From NCBI GenBank assembly GCA_964461915.1, contig CAYWVD010000002.1, forward strand, positions 47,789-111,788: a DNA stretch of 64,000 bases, read 5' to 3'. The position numbers were made by a program, and so were the translations under genes. Below the pieces are notes generated by a model. The model worked only from the letters and a program-made list of their open reading frames with translations. It made no database searches and was not told the DNA's origin. Below are positions 18,688-29,098 of this stretch, piece after piece (positions within the stretch are counted from its first letter, which is position 1; each line of letters opens with the position of its first letter). This stretch comes from an uncultured Candidatus Saccharibacteria bacterium. GTDB lineage: Bacteria; Patescibacteriota; Dojkabacteria; B142; OLB20.

Positions 18688-20790
18688 ATGCAAACCAAGG
18701 AACTTACAACATCCATTCAAGTAAATGGAGTTGATATGGTATTTAAATTTGGTAAATTAGCTCCTCGTGCTGAGGCAGCTGTTACCGCACAATTAGGAGA
18801 AACAGTTGTTTTAACAGTTGTTTCGATGAGTCAAAAGGAAACAACCCTAGATTACTTTCCATTAACAGTAGAATACATTGAAAAATTCTATGCCGGTGGA
18901 ATAATATCCGGTTCAAGATTTCTTAAAAGAGAAATGAGACCATCAGATTCGGCTACTTTAAAAGCCAGGCAAATCGATCATTCGATCCGATCACTTTTCC
19001 CAAAGACTTTTAAGCGAGATGTTAATGTCATAGTAACAGTATTGTCTTACGATGGAATAAATGATCCAGAGCTATTAGCAGTCAACTCTGCATCAATGGC
19101 ATTGATGCTTTCATCTCTTCCATTCCTAGGCCCATCTGCCAGCGTCAGAATTGGTGTCAAAGGAACCGAAGTCTTAGTTAATCCCGGTAATGACAAAGAA
19201 TCCGAACTTGATGCAGAATTTATGGTTTCTGTCAGAGAAGATAGAGTCTTAAACATCGAAGGATGGGGAGATCAAGTTTCAGAAGATGTTATGGATCAGA
19301 TTTTGGACAAAGCCGTTGAAGCTTGCCAACCAATTTTGAAGGCTCAAACAGAATTTGCCAAAGAAAACGGCAAACCTAAACTCGAAGTACCAGAAGATAA
19401 AGCAATTGAAGCTCTTATTGAAAAGACAAAATCAGAATATTTATCGGACATTACTTCAGCTCTTTATGATAAAGAGAACAGAAATCTTTTATTTGATGGA
19501 ATTAAGAATAAAATTTTCGAAGGATTAGGCGAAACCGAAGATGATATCACACTAGGTGATGTATCAGAGGCTGTCGAATATGTTGCTAAAAAAGTAATGC
19601 GTGAAGGTGTTATAAAGAACGAGAAAAGAACAAGCGGCAGAAAAATCGATGAAATCAGAGAATTAGAAATAGAAACAGGCATTCTTCCTAGAGTCCATGG
19701 ATCAGCCCTATTTAGAAGAGGCAAAACCCAAGCACTTTCAATTACAACTCTAGGTTCTACTAGATTAGTTCAAACTCTAGAAAGTTTTGAAGGTGAAGAA
19801 GAAAAACCATTCATGCATCACTACAATGGCCCAAGTTATTCAATAGGTGAAGCCGGTAGATTCTCATATTATCCAGGGCGACGAGAAATTGGTCATGGAC
19901 ACATTGCAGAGAATGCTTTAAAAAAGCTTTTACCTACCGTAGAGGAATTCCCATATACAATTAGAGTAGTATCTGAAATACTTTCTCAACAAGGTTCAAG
20001 CTCAATGGCAGCAACTTGCGGTACATCATTATCTTTAATGCATGCTGGCGTTCCAATCAAAGCTCAAGTGGCAGGAATTTCAGTAGGCTTGGTAACAGAA
20101 GACAATAATCTAGAAAATTATAAACTTTTAACCGACATTGAAGATGTTGAAGATTTTTATGGTGATATGGACTTCAAAGTAACAGGAACTGAAAAAGGTG
20201 TTACAGCAATTCAACTTGATAATAAATTAATGGGAGTCCCAGTAAAGATTCTTAAAGAAGCATTCAGACGATCAAGAGAAGCTCGTGTTAAAATCCTTGC
20301 CGAAATGAATCAAGTTATCTCAAAGCCTAATGCCGAACTCAGCAAATATGCTCCAAGAGTAAAGGTCTTAAAGATCAATACCGAAAAGATCGGAGAATTA
20401 ATCGGACCAGGCGGTAAAAACATCAAAGGCATTCTTGAAAAATGTCAGAATTTAGTTGATATTGATATAAAGGACGATGGCTCAGTGTTCATTTCATCTA
20501 TTTCAGCCGAAATGAGCAAATTAGCAGAAGATTTGATTAACTCAGTGGTCGAAGAACCAGAAATTGGAAAAACCTATAATGGAATTGTCGATAAAGTTAT
20601 GCCTTATGGCGCCTTTGTTGATGTTTCTGCCGGAATTTCAGGATTACTACATGTATCCGAAATGTCCGAGCAGTTTGTAAAAGATCCATCTACAATAGTT
20701 AAAGAGGGACAAAAATTAACAGTTAAGATCATTAAGATCGAAAATGGTAAAGTCTCGTTTACATTGAAAGGTGTAGAACAACAAAAATAA
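18688..20790 (+). CDS. pnp: Polynucleotide phosphorylase
   Basis: 700 aa with two RNase PH domains, a KH domain and an S1 domain (GKTYNGIVDKVMPYGAFVD). Confidence 0.95.
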   Translation: MQTKELTTSIQVNGVDMVFKFGKLAPRAEAAVTAQLGETVVLTVVSMSQKETTLDYFPLTVEYIEKFYAGGIISGSRFLKREMRPSDSATLKARQIDHSIRSLFPKTFKRDVNVIVTVLSYDGINDPELLAVNSASMALMLSSLPFLGPSASVRIGVKGTEVLVNPGNDKESELDAEFMVSVREDRVLNIEGWGDQVSEDVMDQILDKAVEACQPILKAQTEFAKENGKPKLEVPEDKAIEALIEKTKSEYLSDITSALYDKENRNLLFDGIKNKIFEGLGETEDDITLGDVSEAVEYVAKKVMREGVIKNEKRTSGRKIDEIRELEIETGILPRVHGSALFRRGKTQALSITTLGSTRLVQTLESFEGEEEKPFMHHYNGPSYSIGEAGRFSYYPGRREIGHGHIAENALKKLLPTVEEFPYTIRVVSEILSQQGSSSMAATCGTSLSLMHAGVPIKAQVAGISVGLVTEDNNLENYKLLTDIEDVEDFYGDMDFKVTGTEKGVTAIQLDNKLMGVPVKILKEAFRRSREARVKILAEMNQVISKPNAELSKYAPRVKVLKINTEKIGELIGPGGKNIKGILEKCQNLVDIDIKDDGSVFISSISAEMSKLAEDLINSVVEEPEIGKTYNGIVDKVMPYGAFVDVSAGISGLLHVSEMSEQFVKDPSTIVKEGQKLTVKIIKIENGKVSFTLKGVEQQK

Positions 20791-20805
20791 ATAACTGCTC
20801 TTTAG

Positions 20806-22581
20806 TTGTCTTTAATGAAGAAAATAAGGGATATTCTACAACTGATCAAAAAGTTTGCTAGCGCCGAACAGAACGAGATTGTTCAGGCAGCAGGAATTTT
20901 GATAGTTGTTTCTTTTGCCACTAAGATTTTAGGGATGCTTTTCCTTAGTCTTGTGGCAAAGGAATTTGGAGCATCTACTCAAACCGACCTTTTTTATCTT
21001 GCCTCTGTTCTACCCGAAACTATTACCAATATTATACTTTTGGGCGTAATCTCAGGATCAATTATCCCAATCTTTATCAATATTAAAGAACAAGAGGGGG
21101 ACGATAAATTTTGGCATTCATTCAATTCAACTCTCAATATTAGTATGCTATTGTTCGCTATTTTAGCTGCAATTGCTGCAATTTTTTCCAGACAGCTGAT
21201 TCCGCTTGCTATTCAATTAACCAATAATTCGCAGAATCTTACTGATATGCAGATCAACGAAGTAGTTTGGATGATGCGAATTATGTTGATTCCACAAATT
21301 TTCTTGGGTTTAAGCGCCTTCTTTTCAACATGGTTGAACATATATAATAGGTTCCTAGTTCCTCAACTAGCTCCTTTTTTCTTCAATATAGGTAAGATCA
21401 TTGGAGTAATAGTTTTAGTTCCCTTAATGGGTGGAAGCATTTGGGGTTTAGTCTGGGGCAGTCTTTTAGGTTCACTATTACATTTAGCAATACAGATACC
21501 TCTTCTACGAAGACTGAATTTCAACTTTCACTTCTTTTTAATTGATTTTAAAGATGGCAACTTAAAAAAGGTATTAAAGCTTGGACTACCAAGGGTTTTA
21601 AGCCTCAGCCTTGAACAGATGGCGGTGATTGTTGATAGCGTAATCACTTTGGGATTGACCGCAGGGTCTTTAACTGCATATCAATTAGCGGTTAGACTAA
21701 TTTCATTACCAATGGGACTTTTTGGGACTAATTATGCAATAGCCTCATATCCGACCTTTGCCAAGCTTTATGCCAAAGGTGAAAGACAAAAATTTTCTGA
21801 ATTATTTTTCAAAATTATTAATCAGATTTTATATCTAACCTTACCAGTTGCAGTTGTCTTTATTGTCATGAGGGTTCCTATCGTTCGTTTAATCTACGGA
21901 ATCTTTGGAGGTAATTTCACTTGGGATAATACAATACTGGTCGCCGGAATAGTTTTGTTCTTCTCTTTAGGGATAATATTTGAAAGTTTGAGAACCGCAA
22001 TGTTTAGAGTTTATTTTGCTATCCATAATTCGATTATTCCATTAATGGCCAGTATATTTGTTGTTGTAGGGGGAATTGTTACCGGAATTCTTTTAAGTAA
22101 TTATTTCAGTCATTTCGACACTATCAATATTCAGTCTTTTGTTTATAATCCTGAATATTTTGTAACAAAGGGTGAGGGTACAGCAGGTGCAGCTGGACTC
22201 GCTTTAAGCTCTAGCATTATATTTACTCTTGAATTTTTATTCTTGTTTATCATTCTTTACAAAAAGAAAGTAGTATTTGGTTTACGAAAATTCCTAAAAG
22301 GACTCTTAATAAAACTATTTGCAGCATTATTGATGTTTATCGCCTGTTACTTAATGGCAAAATTATGGGAAGAAATCTTAAATACCTCAAAGACTATTCA
22401 ACTTATGTTCTTAAGTATTTCTACAATAATTTCATCTTTCATGATTTATCTTTGGAGTAGTTATGTTTTAAGGCTTGAAGAAGCTGATTTATTTGTCACA
22501 TTGATTTTCGAAAATCTTCAAAAGCTTTTTAATAAGCTAAGTTTCAAAAAAGATGTTAAAAAAATTACAAACTTATCTTAA
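20806..22581 (+). CDS. murJ: Lipid II flippase MurJ (MviN family)
   Basis: 591 aa polytopic membrane protein. The N-terminus has the typical MurJ pattern (AAGILIVVSFATKILGMLFLSLVAKEFGAS...DLFYLASVLPE). Confidence 0.8.
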   Translation: MSLMKKIRDILQLIKKFASAEQNEIVQAAGILIVVSFATKILGMLFLSLVAKEFGASTQTDLFYLASVLPETITNIILLGVISGSIIPIFINIKEQEGDDKFWHSFNSTLNISMLLFAILAAIAAIFSRQLIPLAIQLTNNSQNLTDMQINEVVWMMRIMLIPQIFLGLSAFFSTWLNIYNRFLVPQLAPFFFNIGKIIGVIVLVPLMGGSIWGLVWGSLLGSLLHLAIQIPLLRRLNFNFHFFLIDFKDGNLKKVLKLGLPRVLSLSLEQMAVIVDSVITLGLTAGSLTAYQLAVRLISLPMGLFGTNYAIASYPTFAKLYAKGERQKFSELFFKIINQILYLTLPVAVVFIVMRVPIVRLIYGIFGGNFTWDNTILVAGIVLFFSLGIIFESLRTAMFRVYFAIHNSIIPLMASIFVVVGGIVTGILLSNYFSHFDTINIQSFVYNPEYFVTKGEGTAGAAGLALSSSIIFTLEFLFLFIILYKKKVVFGLRKFLKGLLIKLFAALLMFIACYLMAKLWEEILNTSKTIQLMFLSISTIISSFMIYLWSSYVLRLEEADLFVTLIFENLQKLFNKLSFKKDVKKITNLS

Positions 22582-22819
22582 AAACGAATATAAACAGTTT
22601 TTATTGGCTACTATTGTAGCCATATTAATAATTGTCTCGTTTATGGTGTATTTGAAATTTCTTGGGATCCCAATGACTAGAGCTCGAAACCTTTACAATA
22701 AGGCGGTCATCTCATCCGAAAATGGAGACATTAACAAATCAAAAGAATATTTGATTGAGTCACTTCATTACTGGGAAGACCCAAAAGCTAGAGAATTACT
22801 AAATCAAATTAGTCAGTAA
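22553..22819 (+). CDS. Small hypothetical membrane protein
   Basis: 88 aa with one TM. The start overlaps the end of murJ. Confidence 0.3.
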   Translation: MLKKLQTYLKNEYKQFLLATIVAILIIVSFMVYLKFLGIPMTRARNLYNKAVISSENGDINKSKEYLIESLHYWEDPKARELLNQISQ

Positions 22820-24113
22820 AATATTCATCCGGATCTCTAAGCCTATTCTTATACACAGTCTTTTTGGGGAATAAGAAATCAAATGATCTTCTTCCGAATC
22901 TGATCAGTAAAATTATTACTAAAACAACAAATAGAGCGATAGAAAACAATGCTAGCAATACATTGCCACGAGAATCGTTCCAATCAAAAGAATTTTGATT
23001 ATTAAAGTCTTTAGGGACAGCAAACGAAACTTCCTTTGATGAATTTGAAACCTCACTACCATACATTGTTTTCACTTTGTAGTAATAGGTTACACCCGGA
23101 TCAATATCAGTATCAAAATAATTAAATGTCTGCTTATCAAGTTGAACAATTTCTTGAAAATCACTTTCCGAGTGAGCCCTTCTAAAAACAACATACCCAC
23201 CTACATTTTCGCTTTCTGAAGGTAAAAATGAGAGCATCAGTCCCTTTTTAGTATCTGTGGAACTTATTTCAACTATGAGTTCAGTTGGCGCAAGCAAATC
23301 AGGATTATTAACAAGGCCCTGCTCGATTGGGTTTAACAGATTAAGGCCGGTAATAAAGCTAGAATCTGGTGTAGTTAAAATATTACCGGCCTTATCTTTA
23401 ATAACAAGCTGGTAATGATAGCTATAACCTACATCAAGAAAATACAAATCAAATTTGTGATAAGTATTATCGGTTGTAAGGTATCTATGTTCAGTGTATT
23501 GCGAGGTTTTACCATAGTTTAAATCAACCTTTGTTGGTTCGTCGGTTTCAAGCTCTATTATGTAATTGTCGTTAGATCCCCCCTTCATTATTTTTTGAGA
23601 AATTATTTGGGGAGGTATGTTATCCACAACTTTATAGGATATGTCTAAACTAATTGCGGATATATTAACTCTGGAAGAAGGGGATAAATTATTCGATTTA
23701 AAAGTTAGCCCTTTATTTTCTTCCGGATGCATGAGCCAATTGGCAATAATATCTTTATAAGTTCTTAGATAAGTAATTCCAACAGAATTCAAAGGGTGAG
23801 TATTTAAAACTTCATTATCAAAGTTATCCACAATTTGAAGATCACTGGAAATGGCGTTACCAACAAAAAAAGAGAGGCTTACATTGTCAATTATTGACAG
23901 ATTATCAGTAAATTTCGAAAGATCAAATTGAACAGAAAACGAATTTTGATTCCCGACACTTTCTCCATTTAAAACACCACCTAGCGGATTTCCCAATATA
24001 GTGTCACTTAGGCTTACCCATTCCAGAGCTTTAACATTCTGGACTCCCACAAAAGAAAATGAGAGGAATAAAGAAAATAAAACAGCAAAGATTTTTGCAA
24101 AGAATTCTTTCAT
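22809..24113 (-). CDS. Secreted, membrane-anchored protein with a fibronectin-III-like module
   Basis: It has a signal peptide and a C-terminal TM plus basic tail. The region around GYVVFRRAH...VTYYYKVKTMYG looks like an FN3 fold. Confidence 0.45.
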   Translation of the reverse strand: MKEFFAKIFAVLFSLFLSFSFVGVQNVKALEWVSLSDTILGNPLGGVLNGESVGNQNSFSVQFDLSKFTDNLSIIDNVSLSFFVGNAISSDLQIVDNFDNEVLNTHPLNSVGITYLRTYKDIIANWLMHPEENKGLTFKSNNLSPSSRVNISAISLDISYKVVDNIPPQIISQKIMKGGSNDNYIIELETDEPTKVDLNYGKTSQYTEHRYLTTDNTYHKFDLYFLDVGYSYHYQLVIKDKAGNILTTPDSSFITGLNLLNPIEQGLVNNPDLLAPTELIVEISSTDTKKGLMLSFLPSESENVGGYVVFRRAHSESDFQEIVQLDKQTFNYFDTDIDPGVTYYYKVKTMYGSEVSNSSKEVSFAVPKDFNNQNSFDWNDSRGNVLLALFSIALFVVLVIILLIRFGRRSFDFLFPKKTVYKNRLRDPDEYFTD

Positions 24114-24148
24114 AAAACCATTATACCGATTTATGAAAAAGATTTCCT

Positions 24149-25258
24149 TTATTTTAGATAATCCATCAAAGCTTGAGCGATCTCGTCGTTCTTAAGCCTT
24201 TTTAATGCTTTAGCTTCGATTTGTCTGATTCTTTCTCGAGTGACTTTGAATTCATGACCGACTTCTTCGAGAGTTCTTGAGACTCCATCTTTTAAGCCAA
24301 ATCTTAATTCTAAGACTTTTCTCTCACGATCAGTTAAGCCACTTAGTATCTCATCTATTTGTTTCTTTAATGATGCCCAAGTTGCAATTTCTGTAGGAGA
24401 AGCCGAATATTCATCTGGAATAATATCGCTCAATTTACTATCTTTTTCTTCTCCAATAGGAGCTTCAAGAGACGCTGGCCTTTGTGCTATACGAATAATC
24501 TCATTCACCTTATCAGAATCAATTCCCATTTCTTTTGCAATTTCACTAATCTTTGGCCTTCGGCCTAGTTTTGAAGCTAATTGACTAGATACCTTACTCA
24601 ATTTATTAATGGTTTCGATCATGTGGACAGGAACACGAATTGTTCGAGCCTGATCAGCAATTGCTCTTGTAATTGCCTGTCTGATCCACCAGGTAGCGTA
24701 TGTAGAAAATTTAAAACCTTTTCGATATTCAAATTTTTCTACTGCTCTCATTAAACCGATATTACCTTCTTGTATAAGATCCAATAAATCTAGACCTCTT
24801 TTTGCATATTTTTTAGCAATGGACACAACCAACCTCAAATTGGCTGTGGTCAAGAGTTCACGGGATTCTTTATCACCGGCCTCTATGTTTTTAGCTAAAA
24901 TTACTTCTTCTTCGGCGGTCAATAAAGGGATTCTACCAATCTCATGCAAATATGCGCGGATTGGATCGGTCGATACATGCGATCTTATCTTTCTTAAAAT
25001 GCTGATTTTTTGTTCAAAGGTCATACCCTTTCCACTTGCAGGAACTACAGGGACTATTTCTTCAACTTCTTCTACAGGTTCAATGATTTCGATTTCATGC
25101 TCCTGAAGGACATTAATTAGATATTCCAAGAAATTCATATCTTCCTCGATTTCTGGGAAATATTCCAGAACATCATCTTGAGAAAGATATCCTTGTTTTT
25201 TACCAAGTTCAACAATCTCGTTAACTAACTTTTTTTGTTTAGAGTCTAAAGACGACAT
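24149..25258 (-). CDS. rpoD: RNA polymerase sigma factor RpoD (sigma-70)
   Basis: Regions 1.2 to 4 are present, including [17 protein letters not shown] and [24 protein letters not shown]. Confidence 0.95.
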   Translation of the reverse strand: MSSLDSKQKKLVNEIVELGKKQGYLSQDDVLEYFPEIEEDMNFLEYLINVLQEHEIEIIEPVEEVEEIVPVVPASGKGMTFEQKISILRKIRSHVSTDPIRAYLHEIGRIPLLTAEEEVILAKNIEAGDKESRELLTTANLRLVVSIAKKYAKRGLDLLDLIQEGNIGLMRAVEKFEYRKGFKFSTYATWWIRQAITRAIADQARTIRVPVHMIETINKLSKVSSQLASKLGRRPKISEIAKEMGIDSDKVNEIIRIAQRPASLEAPIGEEKDSKLSDIIPDEYSASPTEIATWASLKKQIDEILSGLTDRERKVLELRFGLKDGVSRTLEEVGHEFKVTRERIRQIEAKALKRLKNDEIAQALMDYLK

Positions 25259-25456
25259 AATATATTAGAAATTATAAATATGGAAAATATTGTTGGGTGT
25301 ATGTTTTTCGAGGGCACCATTCGCCTCGCTAAGGTGAGCCTTTCAATTTAAGGTCACTCTTGTAAAATCGTTGTAAATATAACACAATATTATATTAATT
25401 TAAATACCTAAAAGGGTTATATCTAATAACGATAAATCTTATATATATTACACTCT

Positions 25457-26317
25457 ATGGCTATTTTTAGTTACAAAAAGGCAAAAATCGAACCCCAAGA
25501 AGAACCAAATGAATATATAAAAATTGCTTCGCCCAAAAAAGATCCGTTAACTTTAGGGCAAGTTCTATCCTCATTTAAAAATGATGTGGTAAATTTGATG
25601 GTTAAATCAAAAGTGGCTGGCTTTTTAGTCCCATTGATAATGATTCTTTTTGGAATAAATATAATTTTCAAACAAGTTTGGCCAGAAGTTGAACAACAGA
25701 TCAGATTATACTTTGGTGGATACAATACAGAATCTCTGGCACTAGTCGAAGGAGAATATATCTCAAGAGAAAAATATTTATCAAATCCGGGCAGTGAATT
25801 TTTTAAAAGCATTTCAGAACAAACCGAAACCAAAAATATTCTACTAAGTGACCCTGAAAGTGCAAAATACAAAGGGAAGTTTTCCATAAGCATTCCCTCT
25901 CTTGATTTAAACAATCTCCCTGTAACAGGTAATGTAGATAGCGGAGACGAGAAGAGCTACCAAACTGCTCTTGCGAAGGGTCTGGCCCATTTCAAGGGTA
26001 CTGGGCTGCCATTTTCACCCATAAATAATAACATAGTCATCTATGGGCATAGTTCGTCTGGTGATTATTATGAAAGGACAAAAGATGTTGCCGGAGCATT
26101 CTCAAGATTAAATAAAATCAAAATTGGAGACATGATTGAAATCAAAATGAATGGCCAAATCTATAAATTTAGAGTTACAAAAAGCAAAATTGTTAATCCA
26201 GACGAAACTGATATCATTACTGGGACGACAAATAAAAGGACTTTAACACTCTTCACTTGTTTTCCAAATGGAAATAGCGCTCAAAGATTTGTAGCAATAG
26301 CTAATCCGGTTATGTAA
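25457..26317 (+). CDS. Sortase family transpeptidase
   Basis: It has an N-terminal TM, a catalytic His region (IYGHSS), the TLTLFTC Cys motif (sortase TLxTC) and a conserved Arg (QRFVAIA). Confidence 0.75.
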   Translation: MAIFSYKKAKIEPQEEPNEYIKIASPKKDPLTLGQVLSSFKNDVVNLMVKSKVAGFLVPLIMILFGINIIFKQVWPEVEQQIRLYFGGYNTESLALVEGEYISREKYLSNPGSEFFKSISEQTETKNILLSDPESAKYKGKFSISIPSLDLNNLPVTGNVDSGDEKSYQTALAKGLAHFKGTGLPFSPINNNIVIYGHSSSGDYYERTKDVAGAFSRLNKIKIGDMIEIKMNGQIYKFRVTKSKIVNPDETDIITGTTNKRTLTLFTCFPNGNSAQRFVAIANPVM

Positions 26318-26334
26318 TATCTCTAGAAGTTTCG

Positions 26335-27579
26335 TTAATAATTCTTTTTTCTTCTCAAAAAAGCTGGAGTTGTATCCAAATCATCGTCAAAGTCCAAGTC
26401 ATCATCCAAATTTAATTTCTTTTTGGTTGGTGTTGATGATGTTTTGGGTTCTTCGTCAATTATTGCTTGAGTTGGAGCAGGTTTAACCTCTTCATACGAA
26501 GTTTTCGGCTGCTGTTGTTGAATATATGAAGAATTTTGTACAGGCTGAGAATAACTAGTAGTTCCAGAAACCTTAGGTTGATAGAAATTTCCTTCGGGAG
26601 ATCGTAAAGCAGTTTCGATTCTTTGTTCTGGATCAAATCCCGTTGCAATAACTGTAACTCGAATCGAATCGTTCATCTCTGGATCGATATTTGCTCCAAA
26701 GACGATGTTGCAATCTTCATGAACTTCTTCTTGTATCACTTGTGCAGCTTGAGAAACCTCATTAATTCCAAGATCTTTACCACCAATAATATTAAAAACA
26801 ACACCTTTTGCACCTTTAATTGAGAATTCTAGTAAAGGACTATGTATCGCCATTCTGGTAGCCTCAATAGCCTTGTTTGAGCCCTCTGCTTCACCGATTC
26901 CCATAAGGGAAGTGCCTGCATTAGACATTATTGATTTAATATCTGCAAAATCTAAATTTATTAATCCAGTATGATTTATTAATTGTGAAATACTTTTTAC
27001 GGCTTGTGCTAAGACATCATCGACCTTCTTTAAAGCATCTAAAAATGGAAGATTTTTTTCTCCCATATCCAATAGCTTTTGATTAGGGATAACGATCAAA
27101 GTATCAACCTTTTCTTTGATTTCTGATATACCCTGAATAGCTGTTTCCATTCTTCTTTTTCCTTCAAAAAGGAATGGTTTTTCGACGATGGCAATAGTTA
27201 AAGCACCCAAATTCTTAGCAATACCAGCAATGATTGGTGAAGCGCCAGTACCCGTACCGCCCCCCATTCCTGCAGTAATGAAAACCATATCAGCCCCTGC
27301 TAGATTCTCATGGATCATATCAACACTTTCTTCTGCTGCCTTTTTACCAATGGAAGGATTTCCACCACTACCCAGTCCTCTCGTAATTTCGGCTCCTATT
27401 GGAAGTTTAACTTCAGCACTACTTGTTGAAAGAGCCTGAGCATCTGTGTTCACTGCTATAAATTCAACCCCCTCAATATCATAATTGCGGATCATATTAT
27501 TAATTGCGTTTCCGCCCGCTCCTCCGACTCCGATTACTTTAATTTTGGCAAGATTTGATGGTTGAGATTTAACTAGCAT
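26335..27579 (-). CDS. ftsZ: Cell division GTPase FtsZ
   Basis: GVGGAGGNA and the tubulin signature GGGTGTG are present, with a C-terminal tail. Confidence 0.95.
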   Translation of the reverse strand: MLVKSQPSNLAKIKVIGVGGAGGNAINNMIRNYDIEGVEFIAVNTDAQALSTSSAEVKLPIGAEITRGLGSGGNPSIGKKAAEESVDMIHENLAGADMVFITAGMGGGTGTGASPIIAGIAKNLGALTIAIVEKPFLFEGKRRMETAIQGISEIKEKVDTLIVIPNQKLLDMGEKNLPFLDALKKVDDVLAQAVKSISQLINHTGLINLDFADIKSIMSNAGTSLMGIGEAEGSNKAIEATRMAIHSPLLEFSIKGAKGVVFNIIGGKDLGINEVSQAAQVIQEEVHEDCNIVFGANIDPEMNDSIRVTVIATGFDPEQRIETALRSPEGNFYQPKVSGTTSYSQPVQNSSYIQQQQPKTSYEEVKPAPTQAIIDEEPKTSSTPTKKKLNLDDDLDFDDDLDTTPAFLRRKKNY

Positions 27580-27677
27580 GTTTTTGTTATTAAAATATTA
27601 ATAGAAAACTAGAGCCTACTAAAGAAGCAATTGCAGTAATGTGTATAGTTTAGTTTATTACAGTTGCAAATTCAAGT

Positions 27678-29027
27678 TTAGGGCATTAGATTCTTGAAAA
27701 ATCCCTTTACCTTATCGAAGATACCCTCGCCAGAAGCCACTTTTGTAGTAGCCACTTTTCTAGAGCCTCGATAACCTTCGTTAGCAGCAGCATATTGGAC
27801 CAATCCCGAAACTACGGAATATGCTGGACCAGAGATTTCATCTACAAGACCAGTCAAACCTTTCGGTGTTCCAACGCGGGCAGGTACTCCAAATACTTTC
27901 TTAGCAATATTTGTGATACCAGGAATCATTGCAGTACCACCGGTAATAACAACACCGGCAGGTAATTTTGAATTATTACCAGATTCTTCTACTTGCCTTA
28001 TTACCATATCAAATATTTCACTTAACCTGGCTTCAATAATCTCTTCAAACATTTTCCTCGAAATGGTTTTTACACCATTGATTTCGAGGCTTGAAACATC
28101 AATTATATCTTTGATTTTTTTATTTTCTTTTTCTTCTTGTTCTTCGATTTCATCAAGAGCAGCATCTTTTTCACTATATTTTGCTAGGATTTTTTCTCGC
28201 TTTTTTGTCATCTCGTTAACATTCATCTTACCAGAACCTGATCTCATCAATTCTTCTGCGTTAATTTTAATTTTTTCTGCATCTTCTAAAGAGACTCGAA
28301 GACCAATAGCAAGATCAGATGTGATATTTGCCCCACCTAGAGGCACGGATGAACTATGAGTGATCGCATCTTCTTCGAAAGTATTTATTGTAGTTGTACC
28401 CCCACCGATGTCTAATAGCATTACTCCAAGCTCTTTTTCTGTAGCCGTCAGGACACTTGTGCTAGAAGCCCATCCCGCGAATACTACATCTTCGATTTTT
28501 AATCCGATTGCAGTAACACATTTCATCAAATTGTGAAGAGCAGAGCTAGTTGCAGAAATAATATGAGTATTAACTTCGAGCCTTGTACCAGTCATTCCTA
28601 TTGGATCTTTAATATCACCTTGAGCATCAACTATAAATTCTTTTGGAATAACATGAATGATTTCTCTTGATGGAGGAATCGAAATTGTTCTTGCACTTTC
28701 GATCGCTCTTAAAATATCTTCAGATTTAATCTCGACTTCAGCAACCGCAACAACACCCTTGTTATTTGTACTAGTTATATGTTTACCATTGATTGAAATA
28801 TAGACTGAAGGAGAAGTAAGACCAGCCATCCTTTCGGCGGCCTCTAAGGATCCGGCAATTGCAGTAATTGCTTCGTCAATATTGACAACAACTCCCTTTT
28901 TCATACCTTTACTTGGGAATGTGGCGACCCCAATTACAGTTGGAGATTCAGATTCATTGATGCTTGCAATCACAGTAGCAATTTTTGTAGACCCGATATC
29001 GATTGCAGAAATTGTTCTATTTGGCAT
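27678..29027 (-). CDS. ftsA: Cell division protein FtsA
   Basis: Actin-like ATPase with SAIDIGSTKIATVI at the N-terminus, placed between ftsQ and ftsZ. The start is taken at MPNRT, because the ORF track extends 18 codons further. Confidence 0.9.
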   Translation of the reverse strand: MPNRTISAIDIGSTKIATVIASINESESPTVIGVATFPSKGMKKGVVVNIDEAITAIAGSLEAAERMAGLTSPSVYISINGKHITSTNNKGVVAVAEVEIKSEDILRAIESARTISIPPSREIIHVIPKEFIVDAQGDIKDPIGMTGTRLEVNTHIISATSSALHNLMKCVTAIGLKIEDVVFAGWASSTSVLTATEKELGVMLLDIGGGTTTINTFEEDAITHSSSVPLGGANITSDLAIGLRVSLEDAEKIKINAEELMRSGSGKMNVNEMTKKREKILAKYSEKDAALDEIEEQEEKENKKIKDIIDVSSLEINGVKTISRKMFEEIIEARLSEIFDMVIRQVEESGNNSKLPAGVVITGGTAMIPGITNIAKKVFGVPARVGTPKGLTGLVDEISGPAYSVVSGLVQYAAANEGYRGSRKVATTKVASGEGIFDKVKGFFKNLMP

Positions 29028-29098
29028 ACCTTTATTTAAATATCTATAAAGTATTCTAAAACAAATCTTAACTGGATTCAAATTATAAATAACGAATT

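Noticed and set aside
25259-25456. Possible hairpin or regulatory structure (GAGGGCACC...GGTGAGCC) in the divergent rpoD/sortase intergenic region
   Set aside because: The arms are not truly complementary (GGCACC versus GGTGAGCC). It is more likely ordinary AT-rich divergent promoter DNA.
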